Source of the DNA: Lytechinus pictus
Taxonomy: Eukaryota
Direction of reading: 5' to 3'
Length of the DNA stretch: 64,000 nucleotides
Assembly (NCBI RefSeq): GCF_037042905.1
Contig: NC_087252.1
Span: 9,550,001 to 9,614,000 of the forward strand
Part shown: one piece after another, positions 50,301 through 61,456 of the stretch
How the letters are laid out: each line of letters begins with the position of its first letter
How positions within the stretch are numbered: position 1 is the first letter of the stretch
Notes under the pieces: model-generated
Seen by the model: only the letters and a program-made list of their open reading frames with translations
Told to the model about the DNA's origin: nothing
Databases searched by the model: none
Made by a program: the position numbers and the translations under genes

Positions 50301-53300
50301 GACCATATGTATATTATTGAAGTGCCTTTTATAAGAATTATTGAAACTCTTAAAGCTGCTTCTGATGAAAAATATCAGCATTCTTGAAGATCTGCAAGCC
50401 CCCCCCCCCCTCCCGGATTAAAAGGATGAGCATTATAGAGTCATGATTGACAAGGGGCTTAGATGACACAGGATATGACTAAATATGAAATACTATTTCA
50501 TCTAATGCCCCTGTAATTAAAACTGTCACCATGAAGACATTCATTCACAATCAATGTAGTGTCCATGTTCGCGTGATCTAAAGCTTTGGAATGGCGGAGA
50601 ATAGATAGAAATTTATATTAAGCCACTTTTTCATGAGAACTCTTGATGTAATGGGGGTTTTCTTTTTAAATCCAAAATGAGACTTTACATCTGGGCTGAT
50701 TTCCCCTTCCAAATGAGCTGTAGAATTATTGACTTTAAATAACACAGATATGGATGCTAATGACATAATCGATGCACATTAAGTTTCCATAAAATAACCA
50801 TAAAAGAGATCAAGTACCCTGCTATATTCATCTTCACAACATGAGAAATGCTTTTCAACTGGAAATGGGCCCTCGGAATATGAAGCAGGCACTTGAATAC
50901 AAACATTAGTCCCTAAAAGCAGTTGTATAGAACAGTCTCTGCTACATGTATTTTGCAACAAAGAATTATTTCAAGCCTCGTCTTATTACAGAATAATAAC
51001 ACGAATATCTTTTTCTTTAAGGTCTATTCCAACACATGAGATTCTTTCAGCGAATTATATTCATGAGTAATAATGCAAATTATGGGTAATATTGAAAATC
51101 TACTTTACTTCACATCATTTTATATCCGCGACTTATTTGGAACTATCCAAGTGTATCGATCGACAGTACTGCACAAACATAATGCACGTGTACTGAACAC
51201 GAGTAGACAGCATGTGCAGTTTTACCCTGGAGGTAAATCTCAAAACTCCTTAAAAGTTTGCCTGCCAATTAAAAACAGAAAGTAAAATGCTGATACCTGG
51301 GTGATATATGGAAGTTTTGATTCTATTGTAGAGTAATAAAGTATGCATAATCTATTATCCATCCACCACCCCTCTCTCGTTTCCTCTCCCTCTTCCTTCC
51401 TCTATCGAATGCTCTACACACAGAGCTTGTTCACACTGGCTATAAAATAGCTTATAATATAGGCAGCTTTTGTTTCAGTCATTACAAGTCTGATGCTGTT
51501 AAACGAAATGCCATCTACAGTGTCTACAAGAATTATTTGTAGTAACACTACATAAAGCAATGCAAAATGAGAAGATTAATTAAGTTGGAACCCCAAAATT
51601 CCTAACTTGGCCATCATAAAATATAATGAAGTATAAATACATATCATATGAAAGAAGGGAAGTTTAGCCATTTTTTGCACCTAGTTGCAAATTTTGATGG
51701 GTCACGCATTAATTATTATGACATATGAAATGCAATAATGCATTTTTCAGACCTTGATGTGATCATTGAAGCATACATGTAGCATGCAATAGTTCAATGA
51801 TCATGACTTTTTATTTCAGTCAGAAAGATGAGATGATATTTTCATTTGATATACAATTCTTAACATTTCGGTCGCCTTTACGGATTTCGTAAACGAATTT
51901 AAACATATTGATGTCTGACTGCTGTTGCCTCATTGACTTTGTAAATGGGTGTAATCGAATATATACATTGAATTTTTCATATTATTTTATTTCCTGTCAA
52001 AATTAATACAAGTGGAGCACCTCTGATTAACCTTATGTCCAAGTTTCATGAACTAGGTCCATATAAGTTATGATGACATTTCAAAAACTTAACCTTAGGT
52101 TAAGATTTTGATGTTGATTCCCCCAACATGGTCTAAGTTCATTGACCCTAAATGACCTCTGACCTTGGTCATGTGACCTGAAACTCAGGTAGGGTGTTCA
52201 GTAATACTTCATTAACCGTATGGCCAAGTTTCATGAACTAGGTCCCTATTAAAGTTATGCTGTAATTTTAAAAACTTAACCTTCAGTTAAGATTTGGTGT
52301 TGATGCCGCCGCCGTCGGAAAAGCGGCGCCTACAGTATAGTCTCACTCTGCATAGATGCAGGTGAGACAAAAATGGAAAATAAAGTATGGCCTTTGTTTT
52401 GCAACTACTTAAAAATAGTGATCAGTCATGCATGAATTATTATGAATTGCTATGCAATGCAGATTTTCAGACTTTGCTGTGATTATTGAAGCGTATAGTG
52501 CGCAACGCTTCATTGATCATGACTCATTTCCTTTTTTCCGAGACGAGATGGTTTCATTTGATATACAGTTCTTGATATTTCAGTTGGTATTCAGATTTCA
52601 TAAACGATTTTAAACGAATTGATGCCTGACTGCTGTTGCCCCATTGACTGGGAGGAATTAGATTCATTTTTAATATTTCATTTTCTGTCAAAATAAATAA
52701 CACAGGTGAAAAGCATCTGAATTTTATATGAATTGAAAGCATGTCATCTCATCTCTCAGAAAAATAAGAAATAAGTCATGACCATTGAAGTATGAAGTAT
52801 AGCGAGTGACTATTACGCTTCAATGATCACAAAAAGGTATGAAAATATGCATTATCACACGTAATGAATTATAATCATCAATCATGCGTGACTGATAACA
52901 ATTTGCAACAACATATTGAAAACAAAGACTATACTTTTCTATTTCATATGATATATAATTCATTAGATTTTATGAGAGCCAGGTTACCATTTAAAAAAAA
53001 AAACTTTTATCATAGTCCATCCACTCATTTTCAGTGTACAAATAATTCTTGTAGACACTGTATAGTAAAGTCTGATGTGGAAGACTATTTGAATACACAC
53101 ATTCGTCTTGCAAAATAGTTGCTGTTTTATTTTTATCAACAAATGTCAGTTTTTTATTATGGAAAACCCGCATCGGCTCTTTGACAGTAAAATGAAAACA
53201 ATAACTTGTGCAAGACCGGAGTGTAAAGGCGGTGGCAGCCACGATTAATACGTTTTCGACATCAGACATATTGCTACAGTAGTAACATTCATCTTTAAAA

Positions 53301-56300
53301 ACAGCATCAGCAAAGACAAAAGATGCAGCCTCCACCTTTACTATAGGCTAGCAAAAATAATGCTTCCAAGGGACAATCCTTGTGGCTCATTTTGCGTCAC
53401 TTCATTTCCCAATCTCATGGATCTATATTAAGTTCTACCTTATGTAAAGAGGAGAGAAAGATGAAGAAAGATAATAGGAGGAAGGAGCAGAATGAGGAAA
53501 AGGAGATAAGAGAAAAAAGTAAAGCTGGATGAAATGGGGGAAAAAATGAAACTATTAAAGGGCTTAAAGATAAATTCCAGTTGTGGGGATGATCTCAAAA
53601 TGACTTTTTACAGAATTTAATATAATGATCACCAACGTGTCTGTTTGTATGAATAAAAAATATGTGCCAAAGGATTCTGGAAGAAATTGTGTAATTGCTG
53701 AGAAATAAGCAAAATAAGCGCGGATTCTGTCACTTCCGTCGGGTCTTTATTCCAGCAATAATAATAAACTGTCCCACGTGTGCCTATCTGTGTTGGCGAT
53801 CTTCAGTGTGATCGTTTTTGGCTTAGATATTATGATTTCATAAAGTTCAGTTTATGTAACTGTTCCAGATCTAGATCCACGATGATATAGTAATACTTAA
53901 CCTTGGTTTTACAGACTTTCTCACGAAATCAGTATTTTACTGCAACTACTGTCATTTAGCTTTAAGCTCATCTAAGGCCATGAACATTGATGCTATCTAA
54001 TTGGCCTTTAAAGGAAACCAAAACCCAAGAAGAAGAGCAATCTTTAATTGGAAAGGGTAAAAAAAGAGGAACAATTTAAAACAAGTTTTATCAAAATCGG
54101 TTATGAAATAGGCAAGTTATGGACGTTCAAAAAGTCTTGTTGTACTTTGTATGGGGAACCTCAAATTGGCAAACGTGCTTCAAAATGGCTGATTTTGTGG
54201 ACAACCTTCCCTTTGCTTTGTACACAAATTTTCAGATTATCAGAAAATCTGATGACTTTTTAAACGTCCATAACTTGCGTATTTCACTACCGATTTTGAG
54301 GAAACTTGTTTTAGATTGTTCCTCTCATTTTACTCTTTCCAATTAAAGATCTCTCCTCTTCTTGGGTTTTGGTTTCCTTTAAAGACACGTGGACAGGCAA
54401 GAACAAAAATGCCAGCATTAAAAAGACACAGGAAGCACTATGGCTGTGCCTGCCCCACACTGCAACCGACTTTTTCAGGCGAAGATTGTTAACTATTCAG
54501 CCATCTTCGAACCCACAGGAATTTTTGAAGTTGTGGTCGTCTTTGCTAGTGAAAGACAAAAATCATAATCAAAGATCAAGTCTTCCCCCCCCCCCAGAAA
54601 AATGTTGTGAATCAATAGAGAAAATTCGAAGAAGTAAAACGCTGAAAATATCATCAAAATCGGATGTAAAATAAGAAAGTTACATGTCCATGATGACGTT
54701 TAAAAATTTTGCATATTTTTCACAAAACACTAAATATATGCACAACTCAGTAATATGTAAGTGAGAGAGTTGATGAAGTCTATCGTTCACCATTTCTTTT
54801 GTTTTTTATTGATTAAATTATACAATATTTCAATTTTTACAGATTTGACAATAATGACCAACTTGAGTGAACCGGAGCAATAAAAAAATTATTTTACATA
54901 ATAATGAGGAGAAAATGATCAATGATCAACTGTTTTGTGAAACTAAGTGAAACTTTTATTACTCTTCCAATGTATCTGATTTGAAGACATTTTCAGTATT
55001 ATGCTTGTTGGCTTTTTGTATTCAAATCAACTTTTCATTTGAATTGCCCTTTGATAGAAATGGGGGGGGGGGGGGGTAAGGGGTTTTAAAAAATCTCCCA
55101 ATGTGTGCTGTACATCTTAAATGTAGAATGGTTGGAAAGTGGCCTTGCTCCTCCCACACCAAATAAAAAAAAATAAAAATCTTGATTTAAAGGGGTAGCT
55201 TATCCATACGATATTGAAGTAAGCAGCAGAATCAGAGAAAAACATTAATGAAGGTTTAATAAAAATCCATCAAAGAATTTGTGGAATTTTTTCTTTTAAA
55301 TTTTAAATAAAAAATTGCCATTGGGCAGCTCACCCAAAATATCAATTTTTGATGTCAACGGTGAATAAAAGCATTTTTTTCTAGAAGGGGGTATCTTTTA
55401 TATAAAGTCTGATTATATCCTTGGCACAACCGAAATCAATATGTTTTAAAGTTACACGAAAATCAATTTTGTTAGAATTCATATTCACACAACATATGGA
55501 GCAGGACCTTCTGTTCATATTTATATTTGAAGGAAAAAGAGGATGAGAAAGAGGAAAAATTGAGAGGGGGGAGGTTTACAAGAGCAGGAAACTATAACAA
55601 AAGATGGAGGATGGCAGGAGGGAACAATGAAAGAAAATGGCGAGAAGATTTATTTTGTCCTGTACTGGCACAGGAAAAGAGTAAATGATACATGTACAAA
55701 CAATGTACCTCCTTGTGTGGATTTTATAGAATCTGGAGAGTAATGAAATACAAATTTGAATTCACTTGTTATACACATATGCCTTTTTGTTGTATTGATC
55801 AGTATTCTGTCTCCTCTTAATATCTTCTTTGTTTGCCTGTCTGTCTCTCTCTCTCTCTCTGTTTATCTGTCTGCCTCTCTCTCTCTCTATTTATCTGTCT
55901 GCCTATCATGATTATATAATGTGAATATCCTTATCAAGCAAACGCTCAAACTGCTATGACAGAGCTTGAAAAAACCCATGCAAGTGCTTAAACACACTTA
56001 AGCAAAACTTTTGCTCTTTAAAAGTAGGAGTGGGCTATAAATGGGTGATTTTTGGTTTTACTGTGGGATCAGTTTTTTTGTGTTCCTTTTACCTTATCTC
56101 AACATGAAATTACAATATTTTTTGTCTCGGGTCCGAGAAAAAAGTGTGCCGGGCCAAAATCCAAAATGGCCGCCAAAAACCCCCAAAATCACAGTTTTGG
56201 CCACAACTTTTTTATTTGGTGGTCATTTTCTCTGGTTTTGGTGTCTATTCATATGTTTTTGGGGGCAGGCAATTTGTTTTTCCTATAATTAGTACTTTTA

Positions 56301-59300
56301 AACCATTATTTGTAGAGTTAAAAGGTAATTATCCCTAAATTTTCAATTTTTGTAGCCTTTTTTCAGCCAAAATGTGGGTTTTATCATCCTGGGGTTCTGG
56401 GATATTACATGTAGATGGTACGAGGTCAACAATAGCAAGCAGCTTCATGTAGCTATATTGCTTTTATTCCTCCACTTTGGGTTTTACGGATATTTGTGAA
56501 ATATATCTTATCAAATAAAAGAAAATGTCATTTATCCATCTATAGGGGCTATACGGTGTACAATGCACTGTGCATACTACACTGCATATATCCATGCATT
56601 GACCACCATGGCATATGACAAGGCCTGTATATAAACTATAGTGTCATAGAAATGAGCTTCAAAGGTTTAGAATTAGATTGTGAATTTGATTCCTTGTCAG
56701 CTGATGTACATGGTGAAACCAGTAACGTAAATTAAACTTACATGCAAATATCACATACATGTATATATATACGTACATCACATTTTTAGCCATATCTTCT
56801 TCATTTGGAGGCTTTTTTTAACCTGGTTCTGGTGTCTAACTGGCCTATGTTTATGGGGTCAGGTAACTACTAGTATCATGGTAACGCTGATCAACAGCCA
56901 ATCAGAATAAAGGATTGCATGCAAGTTACCATTAAGTTAAGTTAACATAATGGTAAATTTTTATGCAACGGGGCCCAGAATAGCTACAGTGTAAATTACC
57001 TCTCTCCGCCCCCTGAATTAGCATATTTGACAAAATATGTCCTCAATTTCTGAGACAAAACATATCTTCAATTTCTGAGGCATCTAATTCTAAACCTGAG
57101 AGCTCATTTCTATGACACTATAGTTTATACAAGCCTTGTTCATGGTGGCCAATGCATTTCTGCAGTGCAGTATGTATGTACAGTACATTGTACATATACT
57201 GTATAGCCCCAATGGATTTTAATTGACATTTTTTTATTTAATAAGATATATTTCACAAATATCCATAAAACCCAAAGTGGAGGAATAAAAGCAATATAGC
57301 TACCGGGGTATATGAAGCTGCTTGCTATTGTTGACCTCGTACCATCTAATATCCCAGAACCCCAGGATGATAAAATCTACTTTTTGGCTGAAAAAGGGCT
57401 ACAAAAATGGGAAAATTTAGGTATAATTACCTTTTAACTCGACAAATAATGGTTTAAAAGTACTAATTATAGGAAAAACAAATTGCCTGCCCCCCAAAAC
57501 ATATGAATAGACACCAAAACCAGAGAAATTGACCACCAAATAAAAAAATTGTGGCCAAAACTGTGATTTTGGGGGTTTTTGGCAGCCATTTTGGATTTTG
57601 GCCCGGCACACTTTTTTTCGGACCCGAGACAAAAAATATTGTCATTTCATGTTGAGATACATAACAAGGAATAAGAAAACTGTTGTCATATTGAAATTAC
57701 AAAAAAAGTATTTTTGACCCACTCCTATTAAAAGGGGAAGTTTACCCTGAAAAAATGTTTATTGTAAAAACAATAAAAAAATTTGCCAAAGGTTTGAGAA
57801 AATCCATCAAAGAATAAAAAAATACTAGAATTTCAATTCTTTGATTTGTGACGTCATATGCGAGCAGCTTTCCTACACGTACATATTGAAGGGTAAAAAA
57901 GCGATGAAAAGTCATTTTTCAAGAAATTATGGTTTTAATTGTACCTTCAAAATAACAATAGACAAATCATTTTGCACCTGTTTCTAAAAAGAAAGAAAAA
58001 AGGTCATCCTGAACCAATTAAAATTTAAAATGTATGCATTTTATATTACATAACAGATGGGGCAGCTCCTCGTTTATGTTGTCACAAATCCAAAACTTAA
58101 AATTAATAACTTACTTGCCCTTGAACTTCCCCTTTAATATACATGTACAAATGCATGAATACGCTTTTAATACAGTAGCAAAAGCTTTAATCGTCAAGCA
58201 AATTCTAATTTTTTGCATACAAAACCAAGCAAAAGTCTAGCAATAGCAATTGCTACTTTTTATGCATCTCATCCACATACATAGACAACATCAAAATTTT
58301 GCAGGGAATCAAGGGAAATTTAATATGGACCTACGCAAAAAAGTAGGTCAAGGGAGAAAGGTGGAGTTGAAGCAAATTAAAATGGCATTGGCAGTGTGGA
58401 CAGACCAGGTCTATGTGATGAATAAATGTTTTGATCATTAGAACACAGTTGGGAAATACTAATACACCAAGCTGTAAACACATGCAACATAATCTTGAGA
58501 TATTGACAAAGGATTTACTGTACATGTAATTGTACAGAATTAAACACATCAAAGGAAACTTAACTTTAAAGGACAAGCCCATCCCCCCAAAAAAGTTGAT
58601 TTAAAATAAAAAGAGAAAAATCCAACAAGCAAAACAATGAAAATTTCATTAAAATCGGATGCCAAATAATAAAGATACATACATTGTATGACATTTTGCA
58701 GAATGTGTATCATGCATAATTACCAACGCATGGCCAGCTATGCAACCAGTAAATTTGCCATGTGTCCAATAATTTCTTATAATGAATGGTTATAAAAACA
58801 TTATTTTTTGCCAAAAAATATCCACCATTCTATAAAACAAATGATACACAGGTTTGTTTGTGCATCGATAGGATTTAGTAAGCATAGAGTAACTATGAAA
58901 ACTAGTCTAAACCCACTCAGCTGCGCCTCTTGGGTTTAATAAAAGTTCCATACATGTACATTTAAACTCACATGATCTACAACTGGGTGCATCATTTTAA
59001 TAAAGTTTTGCTTAATTTCACATTTATAAAGAGTTATATTCACATCCAACTGTAGTGTCATGTGAAGCAAAGTTTTATTCCTCCCGTAACACTAACATTT
59101 GGATCAGTTTTAACATTTTGAGGTTCAGTGAAGTTCTTGTCATTGTGAGATCTGTAAAACTTTAATATTGTATAATTCAAATAACTAAAAACAAAACTTA
59201 CAAGAAATACTGAGGACATCATCAAATCTTTCATTTGCATATTTTTGTGAAAATAAGTTACATTTTCAAAGTCTGATTTTGATGAAACTGTGAGCAAAAT

Positions 59301-60387
59301 GCTTCTTAAATTCTATTCTATTGGTTCATATCAACATTTTTTCTTGGGTGGACTTGACCTTTAATAATATTTAACGTATGTATATTATGACAAATACGAA
59401 TTCAGCGACATTAACGACACTGCATCACTGTACCATACTGTACAACTTCTAAGCAAATAAAGGATGCCTTGAACACCATCGTTATGATGAGAAAATGTTC
59501 TTCATTTACACAATCACAAAAATGTACTTGTGTTTTGGTAAGCTATCGCTTCCTAGGCTGCAAGCTTACCAAAACATGATAAATTTTACGTGATTGTGTA
59601 GTAAAAACAGTTTTCTCATGTCTAACGTTACACACCATTCTGATAAATATTTTCAATAATTAAACCATTGATACGATTATGCAAAAACTGAAGTTGGTTC
59701 TCTTTCACATTTGACACAATTCTAAACATTCAAGAAAAAGTTGGATCTTGGAAAATGGAGGTGAAGAAATTTGAACAAAAAGAACAAGTCACAAGATAAG
59801 ACCTGACAAACACAGAAGTCGAAGAACAAAAAAGAAATTGATACAAATTAAGGAAAATATGTTCATGAATTGTTATTATTTAAAATAAAAGATTGAACTT
59901 TGTCTTTGAAGATTTTAACTTTTAAATTTAAGTACAAAACAATACATTCATATGACATGACAAGAGCAAAATTATATGGCACAAAAACGAAACTCTTTTA
60001 AGAACATGAGTAGATCTAAAAAGTAAAGGACACTCGAATCACTTGATATTATTTTTCTTTTATTTATAATTATGATAAAATTCGCCTGTTTGGAAATTGT
60101 GTTCGCACTACTACGCGGGATAGAGAGCGCAAACGGTACTTCCGGGTTTGCGAACCCTGCCGAAACGGGGTCGGAGATAAGAGCGATCCACCCAGTGGAC
60201 GTTTGATCCTGTGACAATAAATTCATAAGGAAATATAAAATGCAACAAAAAAGACAGGATATACTTACACTCGATGTTTTGGAAATCCCATGGACATGAG
60301 AAGATCCAAGGGAGTTATACTTTGCCGAATCATGCTTGTTTTTCGCATGGTTCGCCGGTGAACTTCTGAGGAGGATCCCACTGACAT
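29125..60387 (-). CDS. UBASH3B: UBASH3/STS-family protein (UBA, 2H-phosphoesterase, SH3, histidine phosphatase), 12 coding exons, 650 aa
   Basis: Exons: 60387-60269, 48103-48050, 47189-47003, 42931-42733, 41201-41032, 39793-39585, 38991-38820, 37899-37761, 36376-36254, 35285-35193, 30187-29939, 29363-29125. Total 1953 nt, all GT-AG and phase-compatible. Motifs: LMSMGF (UBA), PHVTL and LHLTLAY (2H), DELEL...GWFKG...GMFPGNY (SH3), RHGERVD, SSPALRC and LLVGHA (phosphatase). The A/B paralog label is nominal for an invertebrate. Confidence 0.93.
29939..30187 (-). CDS. UBASH3B: UBASH3 exon 11
   Basis: [13 protein letters not shown]...PKWLSPAEL...YYKRS. Confidence 0.9.
30300..30465 (-). mobile_element. 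SINE fragment (central/3' part)
   Basis: Reverse complement CCTTCAGCAAGG...CACATTGTGCTGCA...ACCCAGGTGAGGTAAATGGGTAC resembles conserved invertebrate SINE bodies (from memory, unverified). Confidence 0.45.
30640..31224. mobile_element. Kolobok-like TTAA MITE, family B'
   Basis: TTAA TSD and GAAACCTTTGGAACAAG TIR; copies at 34377-34967 and, inverted, 40443-41008. Confidence 0.8.
31325..31635. mobile_element. ~310-bp MITE, intact copy
   Basis: GGCCCGTATTCTGAAGTC...GACTTCAGAATACGGGCC. Confidence 0.85.
31833..32468. mobile_element. hAT-like non-autonomous element
   Basis: TIR TAGGCTTGGGC / GCCCAAGCCTA; 8-bp TSD ATATACTT. Confidence 0.85.
32533..34304. mobile_element. hAT-like non-autonomous element, 1.77 kb
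   Basis: TIR TAAGCCTGAGTC / GACTCAGGCTTA; 8-bp TSD GTCTCTAC; ATCGAT-rich subtermini. Confidence 0.85.
34377..34967. mobile_element. Kolobok-like TTAA MITE, family B', nested in a host MITE
   Basis: TTAA duplicated at 34373-34376 and 34968-34971. Confidence 0.8.
35193..35285 (-). CDS. UBASH3B: UBASH3 exon 10
   Basis: [30 protein letters not shown]. Confidence 0.9.
36254..36376 (-). CDS. UBASH3B: UBASH3 exon 9
   Basis: [40 protein letters not shown]. Confidence 0.9.
37761..37899 (-). CDS. UBASH3B: UBASH3 exon 8 (RHGE catalytic motif)
   Basis: [20 protein letters not shown]. Confidence 0.93.
38820..38991 (-). CDS. UBASH3B: UBASH3 exon 7 (linker)
   Basis: Open frame VLPITRPRT...HSYEN, flanked by cag and gtgagt; needed to restore phase 2->0. 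Confidence 0.75.
39216..39502 (+). repeat. (CCAT)n/(CCGT)n microsatellite
   Basis: Directly visible. Confidence 0.97.
39585..39793 (-). CDS. UBASH3B: UBASH3 exon 6 (SH3)
   Basis: [26 protein letters not shown]...[31 protein letters not shown]. Confidence 0.92.
40443..41008. mobile_element. Kolobok-like TTAA MITE, family B'
   Basis: TTAA TSD; lies ~23 bp from the exon 5 donor. Confidence 0.8.
41032..41201 (-). CDS. UBASH3B: UBASH3 exon 5 (second HxT)
   Basis: [16 protein letters not shown]...WEFRLYSRD. Confidence 0.9.
42443..42714. mobile_element. Harbinger-like MITE
   Basis: GGGCCCCGTCTTA...TAAGACGGGGCCC. Confidence 0.7.
42733..42931 (-). CDS. UBASH3B: UBASH3 exon 4
   Basis: CPDSK...[11 protein letters not shown]..., phase-consistent. 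Confidence 0.88.
42990..43190 (+). repeat. (GAT/GGT)n degenerate trinucleotide repeat
   Basis: Directly visible. Confidence 0.9.
43202..44150. mobile_element. TIR non-autonomous element
   Basis: TACACTTTGAAAAAG...TTTTTCTAAGTGTA ends; subterminal inverted CTTGAGTGAGCA / TGCTCACTCAAG. Confidence 0.55.
44734..45717. repeat. ~1-kb palindrome (inverted duplication)
   Basis: 44734-45062 is almost the exact reverse complement of 45390-45717. Confidence 0.9.
47003..47189 (-). CDS. UBASH3B: UBASH3 exon 3 (2H domain, first HxT)
   Basis: LLNHLDD...REYIVYAC...[13 protein letters not shown]. Confidence 0.9.
48050..48103 (-). CDS. UBASH3B: UBASH3 exon 2 (UBA C-half)
   Basis: [18 protein letters not shown], flanked by cag and gtcagt. 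Confidence 0.85.
48473..48728 (-). mobile_element. tRNA-derived SINE with LINE-like 3' tail and (TTA)n end
   Basis: Reverse complement has head GGTGGCTCAGTGGTAGAGC...GGTTCGATCCCCGG (A and B boxes), central GAGTCATACCAAAGAC...GCTTGGCGTTCAGCA, tail CAGGGCCC...GGCTACCCTG and (TTA)n. Confidence 0.88.
49029..49622. mobile_element. Kolobok-like TTAA MITE, family A
   Basis: Same TIR and TTAA TSD; collinear with 431-1035. Confidence 0.8.
52006..52372 (+). mobile_element. Second Helentron/HINE-like element
   Basis: ACAAGTGGAGC start, internal repeat (CCAAGTTTCATGAACTAGGTCC x2), GCC repeats, terminal hairpin GTCTCAC...GTGAGAC followed by AAAAA. Confidence 0.6.
53568..53961. mobile_element. TTAA-flanked MITE
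   Basis: TTAA|AGATAAATTCCAGTTGT...ACTACTGTCATTTAGCT|TTAA (imperfect TIR). Confidence 0.55.
54012..54378. mobile_element. Kolobok-like TTAA MITE with long TIRs
   Basis: TTAA|AGGAAACCAAAACCCAAGAAGA...TCTTCTTGGGTTTTGGTTTCCT|TTAA. Confidence 0.85.
56025..57727. mobile_element. Long-TIR (~650 bp arms) non-autonomous element
   Basis: TAGGAGTGGG...CCCACTCCTA; arms ~56025-56680 and ~57083-57727; flanked by TTAAAAG on both sides. Confidence 0.78.
58570..59360. mobile_element. Kolobok-like TTAA MITE, family A, with an internal insertion
   Basis: TTAA|AGGACAAGCCCATCCC...GGGTGGACTTGACCT|TTAA. Confidence 0.65.
60269..60387 (-). CDS. UBASH3B: UBASH3 coding exon 1 (start, UBA N-half)
   Basis: [44 protein letters not shown] followed by a gtaagt donor. 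Confidence 0.85.
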
Positions 60388-60975
60388 TTTGGATCACTTT
60401 CGATCAAGTTTCGCTCACAAAAAATGATTTACCTGTGCAGGTTTAGACGCATGAGGGCGCCAAATGACAACAAACCATATTCGGGGATTGAGGATAGGCT
60501 CTTTTTTTTTCGAGTGGAAAGACAAGTATTATGGACTTCCATGGCTGCAAGATAATAAATTCCGGGAATTAATTCGGAATAAATTCTCTCTCTTTTGTAA
60601 CTTCATTATCATATTCATGACATTCATCCCCCCTCCTGCTCATTCTTTTTTATTATTATTTTCTACTTGTTAACGTTAGTGGATCGATTTGAGAGCCAAA
60701 ACAACCCCGGGCCCCGACAACTGTACGCGAATGTTGCAGGCCTTTGAGCAATTTTTTGGAGAGGGGGTGCTGGTTTGGAAAAAAAGAAAATGACCCCAAC
60801 GCCCAGCATCCATTGGCGGCGGAAGCCAAAAAATTTGACAAGCAAAAAAAAAAAAGAAAAAAGTTGTCAACAAAAAAAAAGGGGGGGGGGGGTCGTCCCC
60901 CCGCTTCCGCCGCCTATGCCAGCATCCCTGTTTTCCAGGGCCATGCCAGTAGGCCTTACTTGTATATTGATTTTA

Positions 60976-61007
<32 letters not shown>

Positions 61008-61041
61008 GTAGTATAGTAATAGGGTGGAGCGAGTTGCTTAG

Positions 61042-61089
61042 ATTTTAGTTGTACAGACTGTTTCCCCCTGAGGGTTCATCAGCAACTAA
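61042..61089 (-). ncRNA. Type I hammerhead ribozyme (inverted copy)
   Basis: Exact reverse complement of the 61112-61159 motif. Confidence 0.78.
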
Positions 61090-61108
61090 TTAGTTGCTGA
61101 TGTTGCTA

Positions 61109-61159
61109 ATTTTAGTTGCTGATGAACCCTCAGGGGGAAACAGTCTGTACAACTAAAAT
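61109..61159 (+). ncRNA. Type I hammerhead ribozyme
   Basis: auuuuaguug-CUGAUGA-a-ccc(ucag)ggg-GAAA-cagucug-UA^-caacuaaaau; 10-bp stem I. Confidence 0.82.
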
Positions 61160-61384
61160 CTAAGCAACTCGCTCCACCCTATTACTATACTACATGAAGC
61201 TCCTATATGTACATGTAGTTGAGCACTTTTCAGTAACTGCAGTTTCGTATAGTCATTATATATATATATATATGTATATATATATAGTGAAAGAAATGGA
61301 TGAAGAGAACAATGGTAGGCGTAGCTTAAATCAAGGTTCCCCAGAGCTATCTGCCCTTTGGAAAAATTGGTAATGCCGAAAAAA

Positions 61385-61456
61385 TGTCTCTGCTGGGAAT
61401 CAAACCAAGGCCCCTAGCTTTGAACGCCGGTGACTTAACCACTAGACCACAGAGAC
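61385..61456 (-). pseudogene. tRNA-like cloverleaf, anticodon TCA, followed by a T6 terminator; probably part of a repeat element
   Basis: 72 nt; perfect 7-bp acceptor stem GTCTCTG/CAGAGAC; A-box TGGTCTAGTGG; degenerate B-box GGTTTGATTCC; anticodon loop GTTCAAA; single mismatches in the D, anticodon and T stems. Confidence 0.65.

Noticed and set aside
49868..50395. Other CTGATGA occurrences as possible hammerheads (49871, 50362; also 22692, 26013, 54249)
   Set aside because: No stem II followed by GAAA and UH with a closing stem I.
61385..61456. Selenocysteine tRNA gene
   Set aside because: The anticodon is TCA, but it has a 7-bp acceptor stem, short D stem and no long variable arm, so it is not tRNA-Sec.
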